32,000 nt of DNA from Candidatus Saccharimonadota bacterium (GCA_004563595.2 CP042461.1:210001-242000), one strand, 5' to 3'; numbered from the stretch's first letter, positions 1-9,615 are shown. The notes: generated by a model from the sequence alone, not told the origin. A program made the numbers and translations.

Positions 1-1
1 A

Positions 2-403
2 TATTGATGAATAGTTTTAGTTTTAATAACAGCTATTTTAACTGCTATTAGTTCTTGAATAAGCAAAGAAATAATGCTACAAGAATATAATGTAGCTATC
101 TATCTTTTTATAGCATCAATTTTTTGATTAGTATTTTCTATCTTTTCATATTATTACTTAAATCATAGAAATAAAAAATATAATCATAAATGAATTTGAA
201 AATTTTCTATAATAAGTTGAATCTTATATACAGCTTCTTTTATTACTTTTACGTTAGCATTAAAGTGAAATTTAGCAGTAGTATTTACTATAGGGTCATT
301 TAGTATTCTCATTCCCATTATTCTTTCAATTATTTTTTATAAAGATCATTTTAACATGAAAAAATGACTTGTCATAGCTTTATCTATTATTTCTTTAGGT
401 TAG
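2..403 (+). CDS. EamA/DMT-like integral membrane protein, C-terminal part (5' end lies outside the window)
   Basis: The frame is open from the window edge to TAG 401-403 when TGA=Gly, with several in-frame TGA. The product is very hydrophobic (..IVLVLITAILTAISS.., ..AVVFTIGSFSILIPIILSIIFY..), typical of a transporter C-terminus. Confidence 0.5.
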
Positions 404-411
404 GATATAGT

Positions 412-439
412 CATTTAATCCCTTACTCTCAGTTCTAAC
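412..439 (+). repeat. 28-nt post-stop motif, copy A
   Basis: The sequence is CATTTAATCCCTTACTCTCAGTTCTAAC. It begins 8 nt after stop 401-403. Confidence 0.5.
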
Positions 440-506
440 CTCAGACGGATTTTGATTTTAGATTTTTTTTGTTAGTATAAGTAGAATTAATTAATAAATA
501 GTGCAT

Positions 507-764
507 ATGAAAAAATTATATATGGCATATGTCTGAGGAGATTCAAAAGATAGATTGATTGAAGATCATGAAATTATTTTTGTTGTGGCTGAAAATCCTG
601 CAGATGCTAAAAGAATAGCTAAGGAAAAAACTGTTTTAACATCAGGAGTGCATGTTGATGTTATGTCAGAAATCAAAAATATAGATGGCTATGATATATC
701 TCTTAATAAATCTGATAATAAAGAAGAGATAGTAAAAGTTTTAGGTTATTACACAGATATTTAA
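507..764 (+). CDS. DUF1543-like small protein
   Basis: ATG 507 is in frame with track ORF 555..764 through one TGA. The N-terminus MKKLYMAYVGGDSKDRLIEDHEIIFVVAE resembles the DUF1543 pattern (..GG....IE.HD..FVVA). Confidence 0.55.
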
Positions 765-784
765 TATTATTTTTCAAAAAAATC

Positions 785-1231
785 ATGGATAAGAATTTTA
801 AAATTGCTGCAAGATTAATTATCTTAAAAAATGATAAAATTTTGTTATGTGAAATGTGAGATGTATGGTGATTACCAGGGTGACAGGTTGAGTGGTGAGA
901 AAATATTATTGATACTTTAAAAAGAGAGTCAGTTGAAGAATTATGAATTGAAGCTATTTTTGATGAAGTCGCATTTACACAAGACTATATTGATATAGAT
1001 CAAAATATACATTGTTTAGAATACTTTTGTTTAATAAAAAATGATAATGATTTTAAGCAGGTAGTTAATACATATCATAATTCATCGCATGCTCATGAGT
1101 TGTATGATTTACAATGGTTTGATATGAATAGTATCCCAATTACAATGATGCCACAGAACTTCTTACCTACATTAAATGAAATTATAAATAATAGAATAGA
1201 TTTTAAATTTAGATATATTTCTCAAATATAA
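785..1231 (+). CDS. Nudix hydrolase
   Basis: A complete Nudix box, GGQVEWGENIIDTLKRESVEELGI (GX5EX7REUXEEXGU), appears only with TGA=Gly. It is preceded by WGLPGG. Stop is TAA 1229-1231. Confidence 0.85.
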
Positions 1232-1338
1232 GCATGATAAGGCATTCTGAAATGCTAGAATAATTAGTTGTGTATTATATGTTATAATAGGAGGTGAAAA
1301 AATGCCACGGTTTGAATATATTAATAATAAAAAAATAT

Positions 1339-1830
1339 ATGTGATGAGATAATATTTCTTCAATTGATTTAAAAATTTTACCAAACTTGATTAAAGAAGC
1401 TAAAAAATCAGATAGAAAAAGAATTATGTATTGTCTACATAATTCTGTTGATAGTATGTTGCATACTATGGTTAATGTTATATATAAAGATTCTTATATC
1501 TGCCCACATAAACATTTAGTAGATGATGGGTGCCAAGTTATTAAGAAATGAGAATCATATTTAATATTAGATTGAAAAGGTAAATTATTATTTTTTGATG
1601 ATAACTGAATTATTGAAAAAGTAATAGATATAGATGCAAATAAATGAAGTATGGTATTAGTTCCAGAAGGAGTTTGGCATAGTATTATATCAATTTCTGA
1701 GTATATAGTTATATTTGAAAATAAAACATGACCGTGGGAAGAATGAAAAGATAAAGTATTTCATGATAAATTCCCATTAGAAGGAGAAGATTGAGTGAAT
1801 AAAGTATTAGGTGAATGGTATAGTATATAA
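1339..1830 (+). CDS. WbuC-family cupin-fold protein
   Basis: The product has SDRKRIMYCLH..YICPHKH..GESYLILDGKG..VPEGVWHS..ENKTGPW, matching the WbuC cupin pattern. The start is uncertain; see the uORF/frameshift finding. Confidence 0.65.
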
Positions 1831-1839
1831 AAAATAAAT

Positions 1840-2211
1840 ATGAAATTACAAATTTGAGAAAGAATATTTGAAATAGAATTAAATAGTTCGATATTAGCAC
1901 AAAAAATTTTTAATCATCTTCCATTACAACTAGAGGTGAATGGAAGATATTGAGATGAAATATATACGTTAACTGATTTTGGATTTCCTTTAGATGAAAA
2001 TGCAAAAGAGATAATGGAAGTAGGGGATATTGCTTATTGGGTAAAAAGTGATGGTAGTAAAGAGGCTATAGCTATATTCTTTTGAAATACTCCTGCTGGA
2101 GATGGAACAAAACCAATACCTGTGAGTAAATGTAGTGTAATATGAAAAATAGTAAGTGAAATAGTAGATCATGAAATTATAGGAAAGTGAGATAAGATTA
2201 TTTTGTGATAA
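1840..2211 (+). CDS. cyclophilin-like fold protein (uncharacterised family)
   Basis: The frame is 123 codons with TGA=Gly. The motif ..EVGDIAYWVKSDGSKEAIAIFFGNTP..VSKCSVIGKI.. resembles the cyclophilin-like small-protein family. Confidence 0.45.
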
Positions 2212-2231
2212 CTTAACATTACAAATATATT

Positions 2232-2259
2232 CATCAAACTCTTCAATCTCAGTTCTAAC
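2232..2259 (+). repeat. 28-nt post-stop motif, copy B
   Basis: The sequence is CATCAAACTCTTCAATCTCAGTTCTAAC. It begins 20 nt after stop 2209-2211. Confidence 0.5.
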
Positions 2260-2300
2260 ACGTTCTACAATACCTCACCATTATAATTTTAACATAAAAA

Positions 2301-2336
2301 AGAGCCTCCCCGTTGCACCTTGAAGGCTCTTTTTTG
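2301..2336 (+). terminator. intrinsic terminator, copy 1 of the conserved-loop element
   Basis: AGAGCCT..AGGCTCT is followed by a T-run. The loop contains GTTGCACCT. Confidence 0.7.
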
Positions 2337-2464
2337 TTATGACTTTTTTTGAATTATATAACTATAAAAAACAACATACCTGATGAATCATCTCAACGAG
2401 AGTTGATTTTATAGAAAAAAAGGAAATAATAAAGAAGTAAATTATATCATTTAATTATAAACTC

Positions 2465-3181
2465 ATGGATACAAACCTCAATCTCGCAGTTCTCATAGAT
2501 GGAGATAATATTCCTTCGGCATATATTGGTGAAATGATAGAAGAAATAACAAAGTATGGAAACCCTACTATCAAGAGGATTTACTGAGACTGGACTCGTC
2601 CTGGACTCAAGAAATGGAAAAATCTTCTCCTCGAAAATGCTATCACTCCTATCCAACAATATGGATACACAACATGAAAAAATGCCACAGACTCAGCTAT
2701 GATTATAGACGCGATGGATATACTCTACAGCGAAAAAGTACACGGTTTTTGTCTCGTATCCAGTGATAGTGACTTTACTAGACTTGCAACCAGACTTAGA
2801 GAAGCAGGGAAACTCGTTATAGGAATCGGAGAAAAAAAGACTCCAAATCCTTTTGTCGTAGCCTGTGATAAATTTGTATACATCGAAATACTCAAAAAAC
2901 AAACCCAGAAATCTAAAGAAAGCTCAATAAGTGTTGATACTATTGGAGCAAAGGAAATTGCACTCATATCATCTACTATCAACGATATCTCTGACGAAGA
3001 TGGCTGGGCTTTTCTCTGAGATGTTTGAGGACTTATACAAAAGAAGCAACCAAGCTTTGATTCCAGAAATTACGGTTTCGAGAAGCTTACCCCCCTTATT
3101 AAAGCAACTTGAAAATTTGAAATAGAACAACGAGATAATTCAAAATCAAGATATAAACTGATTTATGTACGAAACTTATAG
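2465..3181 (+). CDS. NYN (LabA-like) domain protein with C-terminal OST-HTH/LOTUS domain
   Basis: NYN motifs are LAVLIDGDNI, RIYGDW, GKNATDSAMIIDAMD, LVSSDSDFTRLATRLREAGK. The C-terminal DEDGWAFLGDVGGLIQKKQPSFDSRNYGFEKL matches LOTUS. It is in frame with track ORF 2699..3019. Confidence 0.85.
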
Positions 3182-3321
3182 GAAAAGAAAGTTTTGAAGA
3201 AACATGTTTTTGTATAAAAGGGATTTGTTATATAAACAATAGGAATCATTTTGATTTCCATATTTTTATTGTAGTATATATTAAGAACCCATGAGAAGTT
3301 AATATTTTGTTATAATTATAA

Positions 3322-3747
3322 ATGGTAAACGAAAAAACAGCCAAGAGGTATTGGGATTATTTAGTGACCTATACGAATATAATTTCAAGTTTTTGAGAGG
3401 ACTTACAAGATAAATGTAGAAAAAAAAGATCTGGAGATATCACAATCACAAGAAAAAAGTATATGTATTTTGCAACGAAAAATTGAGTTACTCTTGTCAA
3501 TAAAGAGACCAATTTGGAATTAACTTTTCATTTTAATAATGAAGAAGATTCTATATATTTTGAAAAAGATAATATACATAGTTTTATAGAATCTGATTTA
3601 AATACATCAGGTTTATGAAAACACTTTTCTCCAAACCAAACTATTAGACTTGGATTATATAAAGAATGTTTAGATGAATTTGTATCTTCGGGGGTGATAC
3701 AGAAGAAAGACAATTGATTTATTATTAATAAAGAAGAAATATATTAA
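3322..3747 (+). CDS. hypothetical protein
   Basis: A 141-codon frame is open with TGA=Gly and ends in TAA TAA. I recognise no family. Confidence 0.45.
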
Positions 3748-3755
3748 TAAATATT

Positions 3756-4052
3756 ATGAAAATAGAAATATTGAGAGATAAGGTTTTTGATTATTTACTT
3801 GAAATGCCAAAAGGCAAAGTTACTACTTATAAAAAAATATGAGATTTATTTGGGGTTCATCAAAGAAAAATATGAAAAGTTATAAAAGGGAATGTAGATA
3901 TAGAAAAATATCCCTGTTATAAAGTATTAGAAAGTGAGTTAAAAATAGGTTTTTATAATTGAAGTGGAGGAATTCATGGTAAAGTACAAAAAATTAAAGA
4001 TGATTGAATTGAAGTAATCAAAGGTAAAATAGATCCGAAATATTTTATATAA
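3756..4052 (+). CDS. MGMT-family (methylated-DNA-protein-cysteine methyltransferase DNA-binding domain) protein
   Basis: The product has VPKGKVTTYKKIGDLFG..RKIGKVI..YPCYKVL. This is the PCHRV-type active-site region and HTH of Ogt/ATL-like proteins. Confidence 0.65.
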
Positions 4053-4077
4053 ACAACTATTTAGTATTCAAAATACA

Positions 4078-4105
4078 CATCAAGTCATTCAGCCTCAGTC
4101 CTAAG
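4078..4105 (+). repeat. 28-nt post-stop motif, copy C
   Basis: The sequence is CATCAAGTCATTCAGCCTCAGTCCTAAG. It begins 25 nt after stop 4050-4052. Confidence 0.45.
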
Positions 4106-4202
4106 ATGTTTTACTGAAACGGGTGTCTTTTTTTGATGAGCTTGTAATAATATTAAATTTACATATAATTATACATATAAATTTAATATTAAAAATAGTA
4201 TT

Positions 4203-4493
4203 ATGATCAAAGATAAAGTGATCTCAATTAGTGAGTTAAGAAGTAATGCAACAAAGATTATAGAAAACTTACCAAAAACAGGTGACCAATATATTTTTGT
4301 GCATAATAAACCAAAGGCAGTGTTAGTAGATATTGATTGGTTTGAAACAGTAAGTCAGAAATATAATAAACATGGTATTGAGTATATTAATCCTGATATT
4401 TTTGAGATTGATTCTATAAAAGAATATGAATCTAGAAAGAAAAAATGAGATTTAGAATATGTAGAAGCATTTAGTTTTTTAGACTCATTATAG
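4203..4493 (+). CDS. Phd/YefM-family type II antitoxin
   Basis: The N-terminus ISISELRSNATKIIENL...YIFVHNKPKAVLVDIDWFE is typical. The gene ends 4 nt before the toxin gene. Confidence 0.8.
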
Positions 4494-4497
4494 TAAT

Positions 4498-4761
4498 ATG
4501 TATAAAATAGCCATTGAGAAAAGTGTTACGAAGTTTTTAGAAAAACACAAATGAGAGAAATTGATTGAATTATTTAAAGAAAAGTTAATTATTTTATCAA
4601 ATAATCCATATAAAAATAACTTAGATATAAAAGCATTAGCTTGAAATGAGGATAAATATAGACTTAGGATCTGAAAGTATAGATTTTTATATGAAATACA
4701 AGAAGACATTATCACTATATCAATTTTGAGTGCTGATAGTAGAGGTTGAGTCTATAAATAA
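4498..4761 (+). CDS. RelE/ParE-family type II toxin
   Basis: The signature KYRLRIGKYRFLYEIQEDIITISILSADSRGGVY is present. The gene is 87 codons and tightly coupled to the upstream antitoxin. Confidence 0.8.
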
Positions 4762-4765
4762 AAAA

Positions 4766-4800
4766 AGATTCTTTCAGTTGCACCTGGAAGGCTCTTTTTT
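4766..4800 (+). terminator. terminator-like element, copy 2 of the conserved-loop element
   Basis: The sequence is AGATTCTTTCAGTTGCACCTGGAAGGCTCTTTTTT. It matches copy 1 at about 33 of 40 positions by hand alignment, but its stem is weaker. Confidence 0.55.
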
Positions 4801-4977
4801 AGTATGAGTTGTGATATTATATTTTGAATATTTTTATATCAGAGGACAAGTTTTAATATTAAAACTTACTACTTTTAATATACCATATGTATGAATAGCA
4901 ATTTTACAAAATATACCTTGTAAAACTCCTAATTGTGGTGTATAATATTCGTCCTTATATATATTAATAATACGTTT

Positions 4978-5538
4978 ATGAAATTTACAGCACCTATTAT
5001 GTTACTCTTGTTTGCGTTTATACTTGTTTGATGTACTGCATCACAAGATGATAATACTGCAAAAACAGATAAGGTAACAGTACAAAAAGAAGTACTTACT
5101 GAAAAACAAGCAGCTGAGTATGAAGCAGAAAAAGCAGGAGCACAAGAAACTCAAGCACAACTTGAAAAAACTCTTGGAGATACTGAGCTTCCAGTACTTG
5201 CATCAGGAATATTTGCAGGAATTGCCTCAGGTCATAATGCCGAAGGTTGAATAACTGTGAAAGACAATGGAGATACAGTAATTATTGAATTGGGTGAAGA
5301 CTTTGTTTCAGATAAAGGACCAGATTTATTCCTAATCCTTACACAAAATCAATTACTTACAGGAGCTGATCCAGTGCAACTTGATACTTCAAAAATTCTC
5401 AAAATTGATCCACTTGTGAGTCTCTCAGGTAGACAAATGTACGAAGTTTCAAAAGCTGACTTTGAAGCAAATAACTATGGTGTAGCTATATGGTGTAATC
5501 AATTTAATGTAGTATTCGGATGAGCTGTTTTTAAATAA
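4978..5538 (+). CDS. DM13-domain lipoprotein
   Basis: A signal peptide carries the lipobox LVGC, whose Gly is a TGA codon. The C-terminal part, GIFAGIASGHNAEGGITV..IIELGEDFVSDKGPDLFLIL..WCNQFNVVFG, fits the DM13 pattern. It is in frame with track ORF 5257..5523. Confidence 0.7.
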
Positions 5539-5664
5539 TAGAGCATATAGTTTTAGAAAAAATAAAAAGGTCAGGATTAAATGAGTGTAACTTTTTCTAT
5601 TGTATTCCCTCTTATTTTTTCTATAATTAAAAGAGAGTAAAAATATTTTCTAAATATACAGGTA

Positions 5665-6384
5665 ATGTCAAAAACAGTATACCCATGAGTTTACCAACAT
5701 AGGAGAATAGAGGAAATTAAACCAGATGTTTTTTTTCTACAATGAAGTGTTCAAATAAAGCCAGGACTTAATATTTCTCGTAATATGACAATACTTCGTC
5801 AAAATGGGGAACTTACATTGATTAATGCAGTGAGACTTGATACAGTAGGATTGAAAGAGCTTGAATCTCTTGGAAAGATCACATATGTTGTAAAAATTGG
5901 TCACTTCCATGGTATGGATGATCGTTATTATCTAGATACATATGGTGCAAAGTTTTGTTGCCTTGATGGAGTTGATCCTCAAACAACCCCAAAACAGAAC
6001 GTTCTTTTGAAAGATGGAGATATAATTTCAGGTGCAAAAGTATTAGTATTTAACAATGCAAATGAAAAAGAATGTGTCTTGCTTCTTCCAGAGCATGAGG
6101 GGATTCTGATAACCTGTGATAGTATACAATACTTTCATGATACAACTTACATGAGTTGGTTTGCTAAAATCATGTTACCACTTCTATGATTTAAAAAAGG
6201 GATGCTTCTATGACCACCTTGGCTCAAAACAATGACACCAAAGTGATCTTCTTTACAATCTGATTTTGAGAGAATATTACAAGAAGATTTTAAAATACAT
6301 ATATCAGCTCATTGGGGATATTGTGATGATGATGTTCAATGAAAAATACGCATGGCTATTGATAATGCTTTTCCAAAAAAATAA
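5665..6384 (+). CDS. conserved hypothetical protein (possibly DUF4336/MBL-like fold)
   Basis: The frame is 239 codons with TGA=Gly and in frame with track ORF 5785..6189. The family assignment is tentative. Confidence 0.45.
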
Positions 6385-6407
6385 AATAAAACCTTATTAT
6401 TTGAATA

Positions 6408-6977
6408 ATGAAAGAACTTCTCAGTACCATTAGAAAATGCCATGTTTGTGATCTGCCTTGTTGACCAAGACCAGTACTTTCTGTTTCAAAAACCTCAAAA
6501 ATTCTCATTATTGGACAAGCTCCAGGGATTAAGGTACATATGTCGGGAATACCATGGGATGATCCAAGTGGAAAAAGACTCAGAGAGTGGCTATCAGTAG
6601 ACGAGAGTATTTTTTATGATAATTCGAAAATAGGAATTATGCCTCTATGACTTTGTTATCCTTGAACGGGGAAGACTTGAGACCTTCCTCCAAGAAAGGA
6701 ATGTGCCCCTCTTTGGCATGAAAAAGTGCTTGCAGAGATGCCAGAACTTGAATGTATTATACTCATTGGGACATACGCACAGAAATATTACCTCTGAAAA
6801 GATATGTATCCAACCCTTACGCAGACAGTATCATATTATCAAGACTATTTACCAAAGTTCTTTGTACTTCCTCACCCTTCACCAAGAAATAATATATGGA
6901 TGAAAAAGAATCCATGGTTTGAAAAAGATGTGTTACCTGAATTAAAAGAGGTGATGAGAAAATTACTTAAAGTCTAA
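6408..6977 (+). CDS. uracil-DNA glycosylase superfamily protein (family 4/5-like)
   Basis: Motifs are CHVC, ILIIGQAPG, GIPWDDPSGKRL and VLPHPSPRN. Track ORF 6703..6903 is in a different frame and is a shadow. Confidence 0.85.
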
Positions 6978-7057
6978 TCTCTTCTCAGGAGATAGATTTG
7001 CATTAATACCATTTCATTTTACACTAAAAAGTATATTTATTTTTTAAATTACACATT

Positions 7058-7342
7058 ATGAAAACAGGTATTTGGAAAGTAGCGATAAAAAATGGAGAAA
7101 GGGAAAAGTTTATGAACTCATATGACGTATTCAAACAAGCCCCTGGCTTTATTAGTTGTCAATTTTATCCAGTGACTGGAGATGAAAATACTCTTTTTGC
7201 TATTGAAACATGGGAGTCAGAAGAGGCTCATAAAAATTTCATGGGTAGTGTATCACAAGAAACTATGGGAACATTATTTTCAATGTTAGATGGAAGACCA
7301 GAAGCATATGATTGTGAAATTGGTTTGAAAGTGGAGAAGTAA
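7058..7342 (+). CDS. antibiotic-biosynthesis-monooxygenase (ABM/Dabb) domain protein
   Basis: The ORF is intact in either code. FAIETWESEEAHKNFMGS is the typical ABM core. Confidence 0.7.
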   Translation: MKTGIWKVAIKNGEREKFMNSYDVFKQAPGFISCQFYPVTGDENTLFAIETWESEEAHKNFMGSVSQETMGTLFSMLDGRPEAYDCEIGLKVEK

Positions 7343-7417
7343 TGTATGTTATTAATGAATAAAGTCTCTTTCATTGAACTTGAAGTGGATTTCAATTATA
7401 AATATTCCTATTTGTAA

Positions 7418-7445
7418 TTGACTTAGTTTGTAATTTATTTATATT
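7418..7445 (+). promoter_or_regulatory. sigma70-like promoter TTGACT-N16-TATATT
   Basis: The -35 box is at 7418-7423 and the -10 box at 7440-7445. It lies upstream of the non-coding unit 7452-7780. Confidence 0.4.
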
Positions 7446-7451
7446 TAAAAG

Positions 7452-7780
7452 GTTAATTAATCAACGAAAAAGGAGGTGTATATTGATTAAATTTTCAATC
7501 GTCTAAATCGGGAATGTTCTGGTGTTTTTATGGAAAGATAGTTGGAGTCATACGTACCCATCTCTGTATCTATCTTTATATTGAGGAATTACTATCGTTC
7601 CCTCCCATAAGACTTAGCCCAAGCTAACCTAAGAAAGGAGTTTAAGACGAGCTCTCACTTACAGGTAAACGATAGGAAAAACTTTTAGTTTTTCGGTATC
7701 TTGTAGAAATGCCTAGAGGAAGTGACAGGTTCACATTCTACTTTGTAATAGCCCAAGGGAAACCTCAGGGCTATTTTTTT
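7452..7780 (+). ncRNA. candidate structured RNA of unknown class (promoter-to-terminator unit with no ORF)
   Basis: No frame exceeds about 37 codons in either code. Perfect helices found by hand are 7511-7517/7733-7739, 7534-7541/7570-7577, 7592-7599/7668-7675, 7613-7617/7629-7633 and 7676-7682/7688-7694. The unit ends in an intrinsic terminator. Confidence 0.35.
7748..7780 (+). terminator. intrinsic terminator
   Basis: The hairpin is ATAGCCC..GGGCTAT, followed by a run of seven T. Confidence 0.6.
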
Positions 7781-7824
7781 CATTACAACATAGCCATATA
7801 TTAGTATCAAATTACAATATTTTT

Positions 7825-7852
7825 TTGACATAAACTTTTAAAAATATATACT
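7825..7852 (+). promoter_or_regulatory. sigma70-like promoter TTGACA-N16-TATACT
   Basis: The -35 box is at 7825-7830 and the -10 box at 7847-7852, about 45 nt upstream of the MBL-fold gene. Confidence 0.5.
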
Positions 7853-7895
7853 AAGTGAGTACTTACTTAGTAGGTTTAAACTTTAATAATCAATA

Positions 7896-8981
7896 ATGAA
7901 AAAAAGATATATGTGATTAATTATGATAATAACAATAGTTATATGAATAGTTTGATTTGTTAATTTTCATCCTGTTTTTTGAGGAAAAGCAACATGAATA
8001 GGGTTCTCTCCAAATTATAAAGATGGGAAATTTCAGAATATTGAAAATGTAGCTATAAATACTCAGGATTGAAGTATTTTTTCAATGATATATGATTTTT
8101 TATTTAATGGAAGTCCAGAAAAGGTTCCGAAAATAACTATTCCAACTAAAAAAATAGATAATAGTAAATTGAGTGATAATTCTTTTGTCTGGCTCGGGCA
8201 TTCAACAGTTTTAATGGATATTGATCAAAAGAAGATAATTACTGATCCAGTGTTTTATGAGGCTTCACCATTATTATTTTGATGAAAACCCTTTAAATAC
8301 TCTCATACTCCAAAGATTGAGGATTTACCAAATATTGATGTAGTTGTTATTTCCCATGACCATTATGATCACCTAGATTATAAAACAATAACAGAGATAG
8401 ATTCAAAAGTGGGAGAATATTTAGTTCCTCTCTGAGTAGGATCACATCTTAAGAAATGGTGAGTGAAGCCAGAAAAAATAACTGAATTTGATTGGTATGA
8501 TAGTAAAAATATCGAAGGAATAGATTTTAATTTTACCCCAGCACAACATTTTTCAGGGAGGGGAATAACAGACAGGGCTTCAACTTTATGGTGATGATGG
8601 GCAATAAAGTGAAAGGAAAATAATGTTTATTTTAGTTGAGATACTTGATATTTTAAAGAGTTTAAAAAGATTTGAGAAAAATTCTGACCATTTGATATTG
8701 CTTTTTTAGAGAATGGTGCATATAATAAAAACTGGAAAGATATACATATGATGCCAGAAGAGGCTGTTATGGCAGGCTTAGACTTGAAAGCAAAAACCAT
8801 GATGCCTATTCATTGGTGAAAATTTGATCTCTCATTACATTCTTGGTATGAACCTATAGAAAGAGTTACAAAAGCAGCTAAAAATAAAAATATAGAAGTC
8901 TTTCATCCTCAAGTTTGAGAAATCTTTGAGAAAAATAATTTACCAAAAGAGAAGTGGTGGTCTGAATTAATAAAAAAATAA
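7896..8981 (+). CDS. MBL-fold metallo-hydrolase (NAPE-PLD/Lactamase_B_2-like) with N-terminal membrane anchor
   Basis: Motifs are VWLGHSTVL, VVVISHDHYDHLD, FSGDTGY and PIHWGKF. It is in frame with track ORF 8085..8282. Confidence 0.85.
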
Positions 8982-8993
8982 TATAATAAAAAG

Positions 8994-9539
8994 ATGAATA
9001 CAAAACAAAAATTAATCGCTTCAGCATTAAAGTTATTTAATGAAAAGTGATTTGAAAATACATCAACGACCTCAATTTGTAAAGATGCAGGTTTTTCTTC
9101 ATGAGCATTATTTGTTCATTTTAAAACAAAAAACGATTTACTTGATTACCTCTATGTTTCTATAAAAAAAAGATATTTTGATTTTGTGTTCTGAAATTTA
9201 GATCCAAGCTTAAAATTACTCGATAAAATAAGAGAGGTACTCAAAAGGTCTTTTCAGTATTACCTCAATAATTATCAAGAATATGTTTTTATGAAAAGCT
9301 TCGCGAACTCTATCCATATTTCACGTATAGCAAAAGAAGAAATTGAGTTTGAAATGCAGGAGTTTTTGAAATTGATAGATGAATTAAAAAATAATTGAAT
9401 CATCATTCATGAAGATAATAACTTGCTTATCTCAGCAATATCAGGAATTTTTTATTCATTAGTTGAATACTTACAGCAAACGTGAGATGAGGATATAGAG
9501 AAATGCATTGATCTCGTACTAAGAACTATAAAAAAATAA
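8994..9539 (+). CDS. TetR/AcrR-family transcriptional regulator
   Basis: The N-terminal HTH is KLIASALKLFNEKGFENTSTTSICKDAGFSSGALFVHFKTKNDL. Confidence 0.85.
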
Positions 9540-9567
9540 TTAATTATCTGGTTTTTTCAACAAATAT

Positions 9568-9604
9568 AAAAAGAGTTTCCAAATATAGCTGGAAACTCTT
9601 TTTA
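9568..9604. terminator. bidirectional intrinsic terminator
   Basis: The hairpin AGAGTTTCC-N10-GGAAACTCT is flanked by A-runs and T-runs. It sits between the convergent TetR and DUF1761 genes. Confidence 0.7.
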
Positions 9605-9615
9605 TATTTATATTA

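Noticed and set aside
2465-4761. Calling the NYN/LOTUS + hypothetical + MGMT + Phd/RelE block a novel defence system.
   Set aside because: Each gene has its own plausible housekeeping or toxin-antitoxin role. The genes are separated by intergenic gaps with terminators, and nothing in the sequence links them functionally. Only the flanking-repeat observation is reported.
7452-7780. Identity of the candidate RNA as tmRNA, RNase P RNA, SRP RNA or 6S RNA.
   Set aside because: The 5' GGGAAUGUUCUGG loosely resembles a tmRNA 5' end, and GAGGAA..ACAGG loosely resembles P4 flanks. However, I found no T-arm next to the 3' strand and no GGAAAGUCC or ACAGAA motifs. I also found no GGAA-tetraloop helix 8 and no plausible tag ORF ending. 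The class is left unknown.
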